64,000 nt of DNA, from positions 27,778,001 to 27,842,000 of the forward strand of contig CM052816.1 of assembly GCA_028534125.1 (NCBI GenBank), given 5' to 3'. Numbering within the stretch: position 1 is the first letter of the stretch; each line of letters starts with the position of its first letter. The position numbers were made by a program, and so were the translations under genes. Source of the DNA: Lama glama. Its lineage: Eukaryota. Positions 10,380-24,714 of this stretch are shown piece by piece. The notes beneath the pieces are model-generated. The model saw only the letters and a program-made list of their open reading frames with translations, was not told the DNA's origin and did no database searches.

Positions 10380-13260
10380 CATTATTACAGTATTGTGAGT
10401 AAGCAAGAGTTATCAGAGACTAGATCAGGTATAGTCTTGTAGGTCAAGGTTAAGAGTGGATTTTAAGTATGAAGGGAAGCTGTTGGAATATTTTGTGTAT
10501 AGGAATGATGTGATCTTAATTTTGAATGATTATTTAGATTGATTATTTTAATCAAATGATTATTTCTGGCCTCTAAGTGATACTTAGGCTGAAGGAGAAT
10601 AAGAGTCTCTGCAATATTGATGTGAAAATTGATAGTGACTTGGATTGCTGTACTATTAGTAGAGAAATTGAAATTGGTTAGATCCTGGATACATTTTGAA
10701 GAGACAAGATTTATTATTGGATTGTATATTGGAAAGCAAGAAAGAGAAGTCAAAGATGACTCTAGGATTTTTGATTGGTCATTTGGGAAGATATCGGTGC
10801 CATTTACTGAAGTAGAGAAAATTTGGAGAGATTTGAGGGGAAGTAAAGAATTTGATTTTGGGTGTTAAGTTTGTTGTATTTATTAAATAGCAAAAAGTTG
10901 ACACCAAATTAAACTGTTGGATATACAAGGACAGAGCTTAGGGAAGAGGTTGGGACCAGAGACAAAAATAATTTATTAATGTAGAGACTGTATTTTAAAT
11001 TCACAGACATGCATGTGATCCCAAAGGGAGTAAAAGTCGATGAGAAAAGAGGTGAGAGCTAAATTCTTGAGGAAAGTTAAGGAAATGGCTGGAAAAATAA
11101 GAGAATCAAGAGAATGTGGTGTCATCTGAAGATGCAGTTTCAAGGAGGAAATAAATGATTGTGCTAAAGCACTGAAAGATGGAAGAAGACCAGGCAGATT
11201 AACAATCATGGATTTGGCAACATGGAGATTGGTGGTGATCTTTGTAAGTGCTTTTAGTTGAGTGAAGATGAATAGGGAAATTGGGGAGAGGATGTGCAAA
11301 AAGCTATTATTAATCCTTATGAGAGTTTTGCTATATAGAAAGGAAGAAGTCACTAATAGGGAACAGAGTCAAGAATGTTCTTTTTTTTTTTGTCTTTTTT
11401 CTTTTTCTTTTTTCTTTTTTAGATAAATGGTATTACAACATGTCTGTGTGCTGATAGGATTATTTTTTATCAGTAGGAAAAGGTGATGTTGCAGGAGAAT
11501 GTAATCATTTTTAGAAGTAAAGTCCTTGAATAGGCAAGCAAGAATTGGGCCCATTGCTGAAGTGGAGAGGTTATCTTTTAAGCACTGTGACAGTAGGGAG
11601 GACCACATATGAATATGGAAGGATAAGGAAGGATATAGAAGTTTGTTCTTTTTTTTTTTTAAATTGAAATATAGTCAGTTTACAATGTTGTGTCAATTTC
11701 TCGTGTACATCATAATGTTTAAATTTTACATATACATACATATATTTGATTTCACTTTTTTCTGTTATAGATTACTATGAGATATTGAATATAGTTCTCT
11801 GTGCCATAAGAAACTTGTTTATCTGTTTTATATATAGTAGTTAGTATCTGCAAATCTCAAGCTCCCAATTTATTCTTTCCTACGCTCTTCCCCCTGGTAA
11901 CCATAAGTTTGTTTTCTATGTCTGCGAGTCTATTTCTGTTTTGTAAATAAGTTCATTTCTGTCTTCTTAAGATTCTACATATAAATGATATCATATGGTC
12001 GTATATTTTTCTTTCCCTCTCTGACTTACTTCACTTAGAATGATGTCCAATTCCATCCGTGTTGCTGCAAATGACATTATTGTATTCTTTTTTTATGGCT
12101 CAGTAGTATGCCAATGTGTAAATATATCACAACTTCTTTATCTAGTCATCTGCTGATGGACATTTAGATTGTTTCCATGTCTTGGCTATTGTAAATGGTG
12201 CTGCTGTGAACATTGGGGTGCTTCAAATTGGAGTTTTCTCCAGATACATGCCCAGGAGTGGATTTTCTGAATCATAGGTAAGTCCATTTTTATTTTTTGA
12301 GGACCCTCCATACTGTTTTCCATAATGGCTGCCCCAAACTACAGTCCAGTCAATAGTGTAGGAGGGCTCCCTTTTCTCCACGCCTTCTCCAGCATTTATT
12401 GTTTGTAGACTTTTTGATGATGGCCATTCTGACTGGTGTGAGGTGATACCTCATTGTAGTTTTGATTGGCATTTCTCTGATAATTAGTGATATTGAGCAT
12501 TTTTTCATGTGCCTATTGGCTATTTGTATGTCTTCATTGGAGAGTTGCTGTTTAGGTCTTCTACCAATTTTTGGATTGGATTGGTTTTTCTGTTACTAAG
12601 TTGTATGAGCTGTTTATATATTCTGGAAATTAAGCCCTTGTCAGTCTTATCATTTGTAAATATTTTCTCCCATTCTGTAGGTTGTCTTTTTGTTTTGCTT
12701 ATGATTTCCTTTGCTTTGCAAAAGCCTATAATAAATTTAATTAGTTCCCATTTGTTTATTTTTATTTTATTTTTATTGCCTGGGTAGACTGCCCTAGGAG
12801 AACATTGCTAAGATTTATGTCAGAAAATGTTTCACCCATGTTTTCTTCTAGGAGGTTTATAGTATCAATTGCTTATATTTTCTCATTGAAATAATAAAAT
12901 AATAACTGCTGAGAGGGAGATTTTGGGAGATATAATAGATGCAAGAAGGTAGTGAATGATCCACTCAGAGAAAGGCAGTATGGATTGGCTGAGTGAAATG
13001 GTTGGGGGGGCAGCTTTAAAAGTCTACTCAAGGTTCATGGTCAGTAAGTTGAAGTCAGAATGCTTAGGTGGTGTCATTCTAGCCATATTTAGCTTTTCAG
13101 GAACAAGTTCAAAGCCATCAGAGACTTAGAATTAATATTAACTATAGTTTTTCTATGTGAGTTTGAAATATAAAAGAGAGTTGCTGTGTTGAAGGTGGAT
13201 GAGAAAGTGAATGGAATGATGAACTGTAAGAAACCTACTTGGGTAAAATGAGAACAGTGG
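10380..13260 (-). mobile_element. Long L2 remnant split by a younger L1
   Basis: GAAGTCAAAGATGACTCTAGGATTTT and GGATTTGGCAACATGGAG; resumes after the L1 at TTGCTTATATTTTCTCATTGAAATA. Confidence 0.8.
11645..12866 (-). mobile_element. Camelid-type LINE-1, 3' ~1.2 kb
   Basis: Poly-T then AATTGAAATATAGTCAGTTTACAATGTTGTGTC; antisense ORF2 C-terminus (GGTGTGAGGTGATACCTCATTGTAG). Confidence 0.95.
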
Positions 13261-14499
13261 TATAATTTGTTTTCTCTCAGTATATTTAAAATAATTTTAT
13301 GACCACTGATTTCTTTCCTTTTGTGTTAGGCTTTCTGAAATTAAAAGTAATTACTAGTCTTACTAGCAATTAGCTAGTACCCAAAGTCAGCTCTGCATCC
13401 TCCTGTTCAGTAGACCTAAGATTCTACTATGTGTTGACAAGGTCAGCCAGGAAATAGGGATTCCGTTATTCAGTAGAGTATAAGAATTATGAAGATGTTT
13501 CATGAAAGTAGATTATTTTAGGAACTATGAGGTGTAAAATTTTTAGACTGAAAAATACCTTGTGGTTTTGTTTTTTTTTTGTTTTTTTGTTTTTTTGTCT
13601 TGACTCATGAAGGGAACTTTAGCATGCTAAAGAAACTACCATCTAGAGGAGATCAATCCACTGGTTCTTAGATGTGTCACATCTAAGCAGGGTGTTATTT
13701 CCTGGAGCTTGATTTTCTTTTGATGAAGCAAAGAATGTTTCTGCTAGATAGAACTCAGGGCTGACAGCTCTCACATCTGTGAAGCAGTAGGAAAAAACAA
13801 AAACAGCAGGTTTTTGAGTGAGAGGATGTTTGAGGATGAGGGGCTGAAGTTGCAGTTCATTGCCACACACAGCTGAATCTCTGACACCACATGAAGGCTT
13901 TGTGTTCTGGTCTGGTGTTGAGATATGGAAGACTCTGTGTGTGCCTGTGCTCAAATAGGACACTGCAAAGCTCTCCACATAGAATTTCTGAATGTCAAAA
14001 CAAATTGGTATATTTTGTAACACAAATTGATTAAGTACATTTTGATTCTTCAAAGGACCAACTGCTGTGCTCTTTTGTAACTATGCAAAAACAATTATGT
14101 TTTGTTCTTCCATTTATTTGAGAAAAGCTGGTAATAAGGCACTTGTCTTTCTCTTAGCTTGTGGCTTAGAAATAGGGTGGGGGCAACCACTTAGTGTTTC
14201 ATTATAAAAAAGTAAACGTCTATTCCTAATGATACTTCTTTTTGAAAAGGGATTTTTATAAACTTATTAGTGCCAAGTGCAGTGTCCTAAATTGATCTAG
14301 AATTAAAAAATAGATAGCTATTATATCTAGTTTCATATTTTTTATATTAGAATCATTTATTCAGCTGTAAGAGCAACCATAAAATTATCTTCAATAAAGC
14401 AGCATGCTGTACCCATTGTGATATTTAACCATCAAAGATGCTCATAGATTATCATTCACATATTACAGAATAATAATTGCTTTATAAGTTTCTCTAGTA

Positions 14500-14660
14500 G
14501 AAACCTTCTCAACCTGTGGTTTCTAGTGGCCTAAGAACCCCTGAAATTTTATGTAGAATTTTGTGTATATACATATTCTTAGGAGAAAAAAAAGTAAAGT
14601 TTTAAAAATCAGATTCTCAATGAAGTCCCTGATCTCTTTTAAAATATTACTAAGTATTAT
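14500..14660. mobile_element. hAT-Charlie (MER103-like) remnant
   Basis: TTCTCAACCTGTGG...AACCCCTGAAATTTTATG...ATCAGATTCTCAA. Confidence 0.55.
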
Positions 14661-15149
14661 AGTTGTAAAACCAAGAAACAATTCCTTTGGGGACTATTTG
14701 GATCTACATACTAGAAATATTAGGTTAAGAGAAACTACCACAACTGCCTAGGACATGAGTAGGTGTTCAGTAAATGTTAGCTGAATTTCTACTGACAGGG
14801 CTAAGGCAAAAGTTGCTGAAGATCATTGTGAAAAGGAGGAAACAGCAATACATTGGAAAATAGGAAGAAAGAAGTGGAGTTTTGAATAGATAAAGGAATA
14901 TTGAAAGCAATGACATATTTTAAATCACAAAACATGAAGTAGTTAGAAACAGAACAATGATTTCTTCCCAATCGTTTTAACATCTTCTTTTCAATTCTGA
15001 AACCTGATATTTAGTTAATGTATTTTTGTATATCAATGGGTTTGTATTTTTACCAATTAAGATTTAAAGTTGTGATTATAGACAAGATTAAAAGAAAGAT
15101 GCTAGATTAATACCTGGTTCATTTTCATGGAAAAAAAAAGTTTTGGACA

Positions 15150-16330
15150 TATAGTGGGGAAAAGGACAGATTTTCAGTGAACACTGCTAGATGGATTGCA
15201 TATTCATATGGAAAAAATATCTTTATTCCTATGTCACATACCATACACAAAAATAAATTTCAAATGGCTTGCAATCTAAATGCAGAGGGCAAACCACTAA
15301 CGTTTTTTCTAAGTGCACAGGAGAGCATCTTCATGATCCTTTGTATGCAAAGATTTCTAAAACTGGACACAAAGTACCCCTGATAGAAGTAAGAATTTAT
15401 AAATTGATCTATAGTAAAATTAAAGAACTTTTATTCATCAAAAGACAGCATTAAGGGATTGAAAAGACAACCCTCAGAGTGGGAAAAGGTATTTTATTAC
15501 ATTTATCTATGAAATATTTATAGCCATAATTTTTAAAGATCTCTTGCAAATTAAAGATAAAAAAGGGTGACCCATTAGAAAAATTGGAAAAATATTTGAA
15601 CAACAAAAATATGGCAAATTAACACATGAAAATGCTCAAACTCAGTTATCAAGGAAATGCCAATTAAATCACAATTCCATATCAGTGGATACCTATCAGA
15701 ATGACTAAAAGTAAAAAAGACTACCAAGTGTTGATAAACATGTGAAGCAACTGGAACACTCAAATACTTAAAAGTGAAAATTGATAAAAACCAACTTGCA
15801 AAACTGGTGTTATTCACTAATTTTAAACATATATACATACTATAACATAGCACTTATATTCCTTGACAAACATCCAACAGAAATGTGTACTTATTTTTGC
15901 CAAAAGATAGGTAAGAATGTTCATCAAAGCACAATTTGTGATAATCCCAAACCTGAACCTATTTAATTGTTCATCATTGGGATAATGGATAAATAAATGA
16001 TGGCATATTCACACACTGGAATAGTATTTTATAGAATGGGAAGGAGTGATTTATAACATAACAATATGGAAAAATCTCATAAACGTGGTGAATAAAAGAA
16101 AGCAGACACAAAATATGTATTCTATTCTCATTTTGTTGTATTCATACTTTATATAATCTATTGGGATAGAGGTCAAAAGAGTGTTGAGCTTAGACGTAAT
16201 GATTGGAAGGAGGGCATGGGGGCATCTTGTGGGTGCTGGTCATGGTCTGTTTCTTGACTGAGGCATTGGAAACATGAATGCAAGCAATTTGAAAGTTCCT
16301 AGATACGTATGTTATGCTCCAATAGAAAGT
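15150..16330 (+). mobile_element. Ancient L1 (L1ME-like) ORF2 end and 3' UTR
   Basis: CATACCATACACAAAAATAAATT, GAAATGCCAATTAAATCACAAT, GCAACTGGAACACTCA and ATGGATAAATAAATGATGG. Confidence 0.85.
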
Positions 16331-17790
16331 AGCAAATCAGTTAAAATTATCTGGAAATAAAACTAATATTTTAAAAACCTGTTAACCTAAAAATGTAAAT
16401 GCTTTGCTAGATCCAATACTTTATTACTACTGGAAAAAAAAAAACAGCAGCATTGAGCAAAGTATAAATGTGCTTTATTATGACCTTCTTTTACGCAGCG
16501 GGGTAAGAGGCCACAATATGTCACAAGGGAAGTTTCCTAGGAAAGGCTTCTGTAATGATGTGAGCTTCTGCAAACATATTATTTGCTGAAATAAACACTT
16601 CAGCTGCTCTGAGGATTTGGAGAAGCTGTTCATTAAACTGCAAGGGAATGACACAAGAATTCAGTGAACAGAAAATAAACAGCCTGCTATGCAGCTTTTC
16701 TCTCTCAGATAACTCAAAGATTAATGAGATTAGATTGGTGAAAATTGCTCTGTTCTTCACAACCCAAACCGAATATAAACAAACTAATTGAAAGCATCTC
16801 ATATCTGATGTGTTCCGAAGACCTTTTTTCTTTAAATTTCTAGGAAGAAAGCAACTTTAGATTCCTTTCAAAATGTATAGTACATTGAACACCCGTAGAA
16901 AAATCTACTTGGTGATGGGGTGAGTGAGGGCAGTTATCCAGAGGTGACTTACCGCAGTTACGAACGTAAAAACTTTAGATTAACAGCTTCTAAGAAATGA
17001 GCAATCAGTGTGTCTCTGGATTCCTTTTTCAGAAATAACTTTCTCCATGCACTTTCCCACCTGGATGCTTTTGTTTGTATTCTTTCTGCTTGTTGTGTTT
17101 ATGCCTATTATGTATAACCATTTCATACGAACTCTCCTGGGAAAACCTGACTGTCGTGCTTTGTATTTGCATGTTAATTGATGAGGTTTAGGCCATGACT
17201 AAAGGAGAATAATGAATATAATCAATATTCGAACAGATAAAAGGACCCAATTCATGAGAAGGCTAAATTATATAACCTGTTATTTGACATGAAGTACTGC
17301 AGTTGTCTGTACAAAGGAGTTTGGGATGGAAAATGAAAGATAAAAGGAAGTCTGAGAGTTGAGAGATCAGTAGTTAAGGGTCTCTGGGAGTAGCATTTGG
17401 AAATTCTCTTTAAGAAACTTGGAAAATGCTTTATTTTGATTTCTTCAAAATTTGTATAGTATGAATTATTACATATGACATTAAACTACCAATTTTCTGG
17501 AAGTTTTCTCTGAAAAGCTAGGGAATGTTCCTGTTAGCCTCTTCAAGCATCCTTGAATGGTAAGCCACTGAAAATAATAAGTAACTGCTGCTGTTTTGGA
17601 CAAAACCAGAGACTGAACAAGGAGAGAGCAGAATTAAAGAGATAAGCCTGGGGAAAAAACATGAGTGTGGACTGAAAAGCTCTAACACACCGGCTCCCTG
17701 AGTAGAACCCCATTCCAAGGGAACTGGGGAGTCATGCAAGGAAGAAGTCTTCATTACTCTGCCCAATAAATAATTCTCATGGAATCTGTC

Positions 17791-18279
17791 TGTATTAGTT
17801 TCCTGAGTTTGCTGTCACAAATTACCAGAAACTGGCTGGCTTAAAACAGCAAGAGTTGATTCTCTTAAAATTGTGGAGGCCAGAAACCTGAATCAAGATG
17901 TGGCCAGGGCCACACTCTATCTGATTCTCTAGGGGAGAAAACGTTTATTGCTCATTCCACTGTCTGGTCACTTCATCTTTGGCTTCTTCCATCTTCCTTA
18001 GCTTGTGGCCACATCACTCCAATCTCTGCCTGTGTAATTACATTGCTGCTTCCTTTTTTTGGTGTCTTTTTCTCTGTGTGTCCCTGTCAAAACTCCCTCT
18101 GTTTCTCTCTGTATGATTGTATTTAGAGCCCACCTGGATAATTCAGGATAAACTCCCCCTTTTAAGATTCTGAACTAAATCACATCAGCAAAGGTTCTTT
18201 TTCCAACTAAGATAACATTCCCAAGTTCCAAGGATTAGGAAATGGACATATCTTTGGGGACACTATTCAGCCAAGTACA
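17791..18279 (-). mobile_element. MLT1C-like MaLR solo LTR
   Basis: TGTATTAGTTTCCT...ACA termini, GGCTTAAAACAGCAAG, and a 5-bp TSD ctgtc/ctatc. Confidence 0.9.
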
Positions 18280-18429
18280 CTATCAATTTTATTTAAAAAA
18301 TACAGCTTCAAATTTAGAAGCAAAATGAAAACAGCCCTATTTCTTCTGACTTGCATTATAGCCAACTCTAGTCCTGTTTAGATACCATTTCATAGTATTC
18401 AGAGTTTGAAATAGTCAGCCGTAAGTTTA

Positions 18430-18580
18430 TAGACTTGAACAGGGACTAGGAGGTAAAGTCTGATTTGCCCATTTCACAGATAAGAAAACCAGTGACCAGA
18501 TTCTTGGTCAGTGAAAAAGATTACAAGATTATCTGAAGAAATAGAACTCAGGACCTTGGACTATTGCTCTTTCTACTTCA
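18430..18580 (-). mobile_element. MIR fragment
   Basis: CCCATTTCACAGATAAGAAAAC and TAGAACTCAGGAC. Confidence 0.55.
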
Positions 18581-20036
18581 TCAAACTGAATGATCAAGAT
18601 AGTAAATACTAATTGATTTAAGTAATTCATTCCTGAAAACCACTCAGTAAAGTTTCTTTCTGTTTTTTCCCCATTTGTCAATAAAACTAACAAATGTGGT
18701 TTTTTTTATCATTAATTAAGACAACTTGATAATAAACAACCTTTCTAGTTGTTAAGGACAAAAGTACAAGTTATGTATGTGCAATAAAAATGAAATTATA
18801 AATTACATTACAGCACTGTCTCTAAAATGGAAAATATGCTAAGCAAATCTTTCAAAGGCACTTCTGTATTTGTCACTTCTCATTTTGAGTTTTCGTATCC
18901 ATTCAGGCATTTGCAGTGTAACTTCAAAAGATCCCATTACTTAGAAGAAATTCTTAGATGGTTTTTGTTTTTGCCCTTTCTAAAGTCTATCACTAGCCCA
19001 CTAGGAATACTCATATGAACTGCTTTATAAGAATGGTGTTGCTCAGAGAAACCATAAATATCTGAACAGAGCATACATTTTCATAATATTAAATTATGCC
19101 ATCTTGTTTCAGAATTATAGGAATGCATGACTGTACCTAAAAGTACAAGTGGTTGTCTTTTCTCATCATGAAGAACTTTTTGAATTCAGAGATAAATGTG
19201 GAAGTCACAGTGAACCCTGTCTACCCATGGGAGGATTCTGGTGTCCACAAGATACAGGGAATACAAATAGAAAAATAATGAGCAAAATAATGAAATGTAT
19301 GTGCCAGTGAGGCAGGAAGGAAGAGAAGGAGTCATACACGTATTGAGAGTTGGTGGGGAACTGGAGCACTGTAAATTTAGAATCCCAAGGAAAGAAAGTT
19401 GTTTAAGGCAGTTTGATAAAACCATAACCAGTCTGCCAGTACAACCACATATACACACAGACATATATAAATGTTTCTTTTAAAAAGTATTATTTGTAAG
19501 ATACTTTTGTAAATAAATCTAATTTGACTGAGTAAATATAACAATGTGATAAATTTTGTCCTAGATTTGGGAGTATCCTTTGTACTTCCCACACCATCCT
19601 CAACAAACACTCCTCAAAACTTTGAGGTGAAGGAAGTAGATTGATCCTTCAGAGTGAAACTTTTAATCAACATCATGGGTATTAGAAAAATAACACCTGA
19701 AAAAAAGTTACATGTCTTCCAAGTGGCAAGACCGGATACAATCTGTCTGAAATAAAGTAACATTTTACAGATAGAATGTGTTAGTCTGAAGTGGTTTTGG
19801 AAATGAGTCAGCTAAATATATCTAGAAAAAAAATGTTGCAGAGGCAAATGTTTTTAGCATTCACATTAGCATTGTCCAAGAAAAAGACTTGGCCCACAAA
19901 GTTTTTTCCATTTTGTTGTTTAGTAAGTTCACAAATTTACTGAGAGAGGCAAAGGAAATACAGACTCTTAAAAAAATTTTTTTTTTCAAATTAATTAGTT
20001 GGAGTTTCCTCACGAAACTCTTGATCTCGATGGATA

Positions 20037-20385
20037 CAGTCATCCCTTGGTATTCTCAGGGTATTGGTTCCAGGACATACTTGATACACTAAAATCCAAA
20101 GATGCCCAACTCCCTTATATAAAATGGGGTAGTATTTGCATATAACCTATGCACATTCTCCCATGTACTTTAAATCATCTCTGGATTATGTATGTTACCT
20201 AATGCCATGTAAATGCCGTGCAAATACTTGTAAATACAATGTAAATGCTATGTAAATAGTTGCTAGAGTGCCTCAAATTTAAGCTTTGCTTTTGGAACTT
20301 TCTGGAATCATTTTTTCTGAATATATTTAACCTGCAGTTGGTTGAATCCTCAAATGTGGAACTTGCAGATGTGGAGGGCCAACTG
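20037..20385. mobile_element. MER2-like TcMar-Tigger element, full length
   Basis: TIRs CAGTCATCCCT / AGGGCCAACTG with TA on both sides; TATTTGCATATAACCTATGCACAT core. Confidence 0.9.
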
Positions 20386-22465
20386 TATTATGTATGTCAG
20401 CAACTAAAGATTTGACTCCAAAATAGTAATTCAGTGTAATATGATAATGAAAGAAACTTTTAGATAAATGCTTGGTTTTAGAGTTCTGTTCTCCTCCCCA
20501 TTTCTTCTCAAGTTGACATTTGGTCATATGGGGGAGGAAATGACATGCTTGTATGGCATCTTCTGGAATCTTTCTGATTTCTGCTGGATTTGGCTAGTCT
20601 GGGTTACTACCTGACTAATGGCAACTAGTCTCTTTCTGTGTTGTATCAAAACATTTCCCAGATTTCTCCCAGCTGATCTCAGTTCCTGGTGGCACAACCA
20701 ACTCCTTAACCTGGTCTCTTAAGTAATTAGTTTTTGCCTTGGGAGTTCCCTCTGTTTTGCTACCGGAGACCTGCTAGGGCAGGTTCGTAGACTCTCAACT
20801 CAGCTTTCTTCCAGGACCCACGAGGCATGTGGAGACCTTAGAGCTTTGTACACCATGCCATGTGGGAGCTAAAGAAGGCGTGGTGTTTACCTCATGACTC
20901 AGTTTATTTTGGTATGGCTGCTTCTAGGTTTGCTTGAGTGTATCCTGTAAGACAATGGATTTCTAGAATCCCATATTTTCCTCAAACTTTCTAATGTATC
21001 TCTTTCTGGGATTTTGGCCCTGAAAAAAAGTATCAGGCATGTGTCTGTGTCTGCTTCTATCACTACTGAATCTTTATCTTCTGCTTGTGATTTGACCAGC
21101 ATCTCCCAAAAATAAGGCTTCTTTTTCAAGGCCACCAAGCCTGTATCCTAATTACAAAATGGCAGATGTAGGAATTTAAAACATTCTTGCGCTGTAATAA
21201 AGCAGGCTTTCCAACATTGTCTTATAGCAGAGAGAAATGGGTTATCTCTTTTTCTCTTTATATTCTGCCTGTGACAAGCTGTTAACCCTCTCTCATTTAG
21301 GCAGAAAGAAGCCTTAGGCTGATGTAAGGGATGTCACATGAATAGAGATGCAAAAGAGAAAAGCACATTTAAATAGTTCATAGGCTATTCCCTGCCTTAC
21401 ATTTGTTGAGGGTATCAGCATTGAGATAACTGCAGTGGGATGTGAGAGACTTAGAAGTGATTAGTGATCGCTGTCATGAGTTTCAGCAACAAGTGAGGGA
21501 GAGGAACACCTGTCATTCATTTTCCATCCTTGATGTAGTTTAGGTACAATATCAGTATAAATTTTACTTCTTCTGATGACCTTAATGAGTTTGAAATGCC
21601 TGAGAAGTATGTTTTGAAGCCGAACATTTTCCTAGACATGCGGTTGCGTTGGGTTTTCAGTGTGTTTAATCCTGTCGATGTGGGAGTACAGGTGACAGGA
21701 AGGCATTTTTATGTCATGGTTTTCTTCTTCTTCCTCTTTTAACCATTAACTCCCTTATGTTATTTGAGATCATAAACACAATTTTGGAAACATGCCTTTT
21801 GGCACAAATTACCTAATGTAGTTTTTTTATGACTCTGTTCTCTATTTCCCTGAATCAATTTTTATTCTGTGCTTCTTCCATATGGCACTCTATTTTCTGT
21901 ATCTTTCAAAGGTAATCAACTTGCGATGGACAATAGAGTGTACTATTTGGGTGATGAAGCCTGTCAAATTCTGAATGTAGTTTTTATTACCGTTTATGCT
22001 TTGAGAATAAAGTGTAGGTCCTCAGCTCTCAGTTAAGTTTGTGCTTCATTCCAGGCTTTGGCAGCCCTGAAGATTTATTTGTAGGACTTCCAAAAATGAG
22101 AAGGAAATAGAGCCATGATCTCTAGGCCTTGGCATATTCTCCTTATGTTTTATAGATTCTAATTATCAAGGGACCAAACTGAAGTATGAACTTTCCAAGA
22201 CCATCTCAGACCACTCTCTCCTCTTCTTATTCTCCTCAGCCCTGTTGGCCTCATTCATGTTCTGTGCGATGTTTGCAGTCAGTCTTCTCTGCCAGAAATG
22301 TGGCTACCTTGGGTTTTGGTATGATTTGTTAAAATCAAAATGTCCTCTCTTCACACAGGTCTTCTCTGACTTCTATAGCCAAACTGTGCTACCTCCCTCA
22401 CCAAACTCCTTTCATCAGTCATGCTTTATTCGTTGTGATTTTATTCCCTCATAACACTTACCACT

Positions 22466-22832
22466 ATTGTTTGCCAGCACTGCCATAACAAAGTACCACA
22501 GACAGGGTGACTTAAACAGCAGACTTTCATTTCCTTAATTTTAGATGCTAAGAAGTCTGAGATCCTTTCTCCTGAGGACCCTCTCCTTGTCTTGTAGATA
22601 GCCGTCTTCTTTGTCTTTATATAGTCTTCCCTCTGTGTCTGTCTATGTCCAAATTTCCTCTTTTTATAAGGATACGGGTCATACTGGATTGGGGCCCACC
22701 CTAAGGACCACATTTTAACTTAATAACCTCTTAAAGTTCTTATTTCCAAGAACAGTCACATTCTGAAGTACCTAGTATTAGGATTCCAGTTTAGGAATTT
22801 GAGGCAGGGGCTACTTAATTCAACTATCTACA
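22466..22832 (-). mobile_element. MLT1A-like MaLR LTR nested in an L2 3' end (about 22340-22960)
   Basis: GCCATAACAAAGTACCACAGAC, TATAAGGATAC...GGATTGGGGCCCACCCTAA and CAGTCACATTCTGA. Confidence 0.85.
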
Positions 22833-24714
22833 GTAATATGGTCGTCTTTATTTACCTTTTCTTCCCCACTGAAAATGAAGCACCATGAGGTCAGGGCTTT
22901 ATCTGTCTTCATACTCTCCCCCCACCACCTAGCTTAGTGCCCAGCTCAGCTGGCAGGCTCAGTGATCTTTCTTCTTAATCTAAGTTACTTAATTAAACAG
23001 AAATACAATATATATAATTAATCCCCACATTCTAAGATTTACTCATTACTGGCATTACTAAAATTCTCCTGCTGTGTCCTTTGCTTTGTGAATATAAAGA
23101 AACATAATAGAGAAAGATGATGTAAAGTATAGAAATTTCTTGTTCTAAACTCATAATCTGAGATAAATAGAGTATGCTCAGGCAATAGCTACCTTTCCTG
23201 TCTGTTGGCACCCTTTCTGTGTGATTTGAACCTATTACAGATTTCTAGAGGCCAGTTTTCTTGCTATATCCGTAAAACATTACCCTTTACTATAACAGGA
23301 TATTTCCACACCTGAAAGTTCTTTAATATGGTTTTGAAGTCATTCCCCGAAGCTATAGCATTATTAATATGACTTTACTGTATTTAGATTTTGCCTCAAA
23401 TGAATTCAATTCTCCCATTACATTCATTGGTTATATTCCTATGTCATGTAGTACCATATGACCTAAATGATTTTGTTGTTGGTATTAATTGTATGATCTA
23501 ACTATATTAAAGGTTACCTGAGCCTCACGCTCTTGAAACACAGTGAAAATTAAGAACTCTACCACACAGTTTATGTCTGTGGCTTACTGTGAAGAAACAT
23601 CCTACCCCATGATTCTTTTTTAAAAAAAAAATTAATTTAATAATACCTAGCTCATAAGATTTTTACGATGATTAAATTTAAAAATACATAAAGCACTTTA
23701 CAGTGTACTTGGCTAATAGTAAGTCCTCAATAAATGTTAGCTGTAATAACTGTATTCTCCTATCAATGCTTTGAATTTTAAAGCCAGTGAGTCTTTACTA
23801 ACTAAATAGGTCTGTGGGTTGTTTTTTTTTTCCTTCTAAAGCCATGCCTCCAAAAGTAAGCAATTTCACATAGAGAATTGCTAGGAAAGGGAAACTTAAC
23901 TTTGTACAGAATAAATTGGAAAATGTCTGTGGGAAATGAGCTTTCATTATAAGTGTTTTGGAGAAGGGAAATACAAGTTTAAAAATTCCAAAGTTTAAAT
24001 ATTGTAAATCCAAGGACCAGAATGAGTTTTGTAACATTTTAAAAATTAAAGCCAACGCCAGACCAAGGATTTGTCTGCTTAGATGAAGTAGGTATAAAGG
24101 AGCGGGACTTTATGACGAGTAAGCTACTGTTTTTCTCAGGCAATTTAAAGAGGGTAGGCAGAGATACACTTGGGCCTTCAGTTGGGAAATTGACATCCCA
24201 AATTGAAATAGATGCATGAGCCTTCCTGAGTTGGTACAGAATAATCTGACCAAATGTAAATTGGCCTTAGAGTTCGATTGCTTTGCATTCTTCAATAGAT
24301 GCCAAAGGGTAGCGCTCTGCTAAAGAAAAATGTCCACATCCAAATATTTTAAAAAATATCTGAAATGATGTTCTGCAGAGAATTGATTACCAAATAAATG
24401 CGTTTCCTCCAAAAGGTTATAGTAGGAAATGTGGTTAAATACATTTTGTCATTCACATAATAATGCATTATGAAGCCATGAAAATAATGATTATTCAGAC
24501 TATATATCAGCATGGAACATTATAATATTAAAATGGGAAATGAAAAAAAAGCAAAGCAAAGAAATTTGAACATAACTACATAAAATATATTCATGGACAA
24601 ACACTAGAAGGTAATTTACAATATTAGCATTAGTTTAGTGTTACAGTGGATAGATATGTAATAGTTTTTCCCCAAAACTTTAAAAACATTCCAAGTTAGT
24701 GATGCTGTTACTTG

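Noticed and set aside
13330..13441. Strong plus-strand acceptor with a downstream donor
   Set aside because: Stops in all three frames and no other support; cryptic sites are common.
13643..14053. 136-aa minus-strand ORF
   Set aside because: No recognisable homology or splice context; length compatible with chance.
21565..21609. TGATGA...CTGA with terminal stem, resembling a C/D snoRNA
   Set aside because: Only about 20 nt between boxes and non-canonical k-turn spacing.
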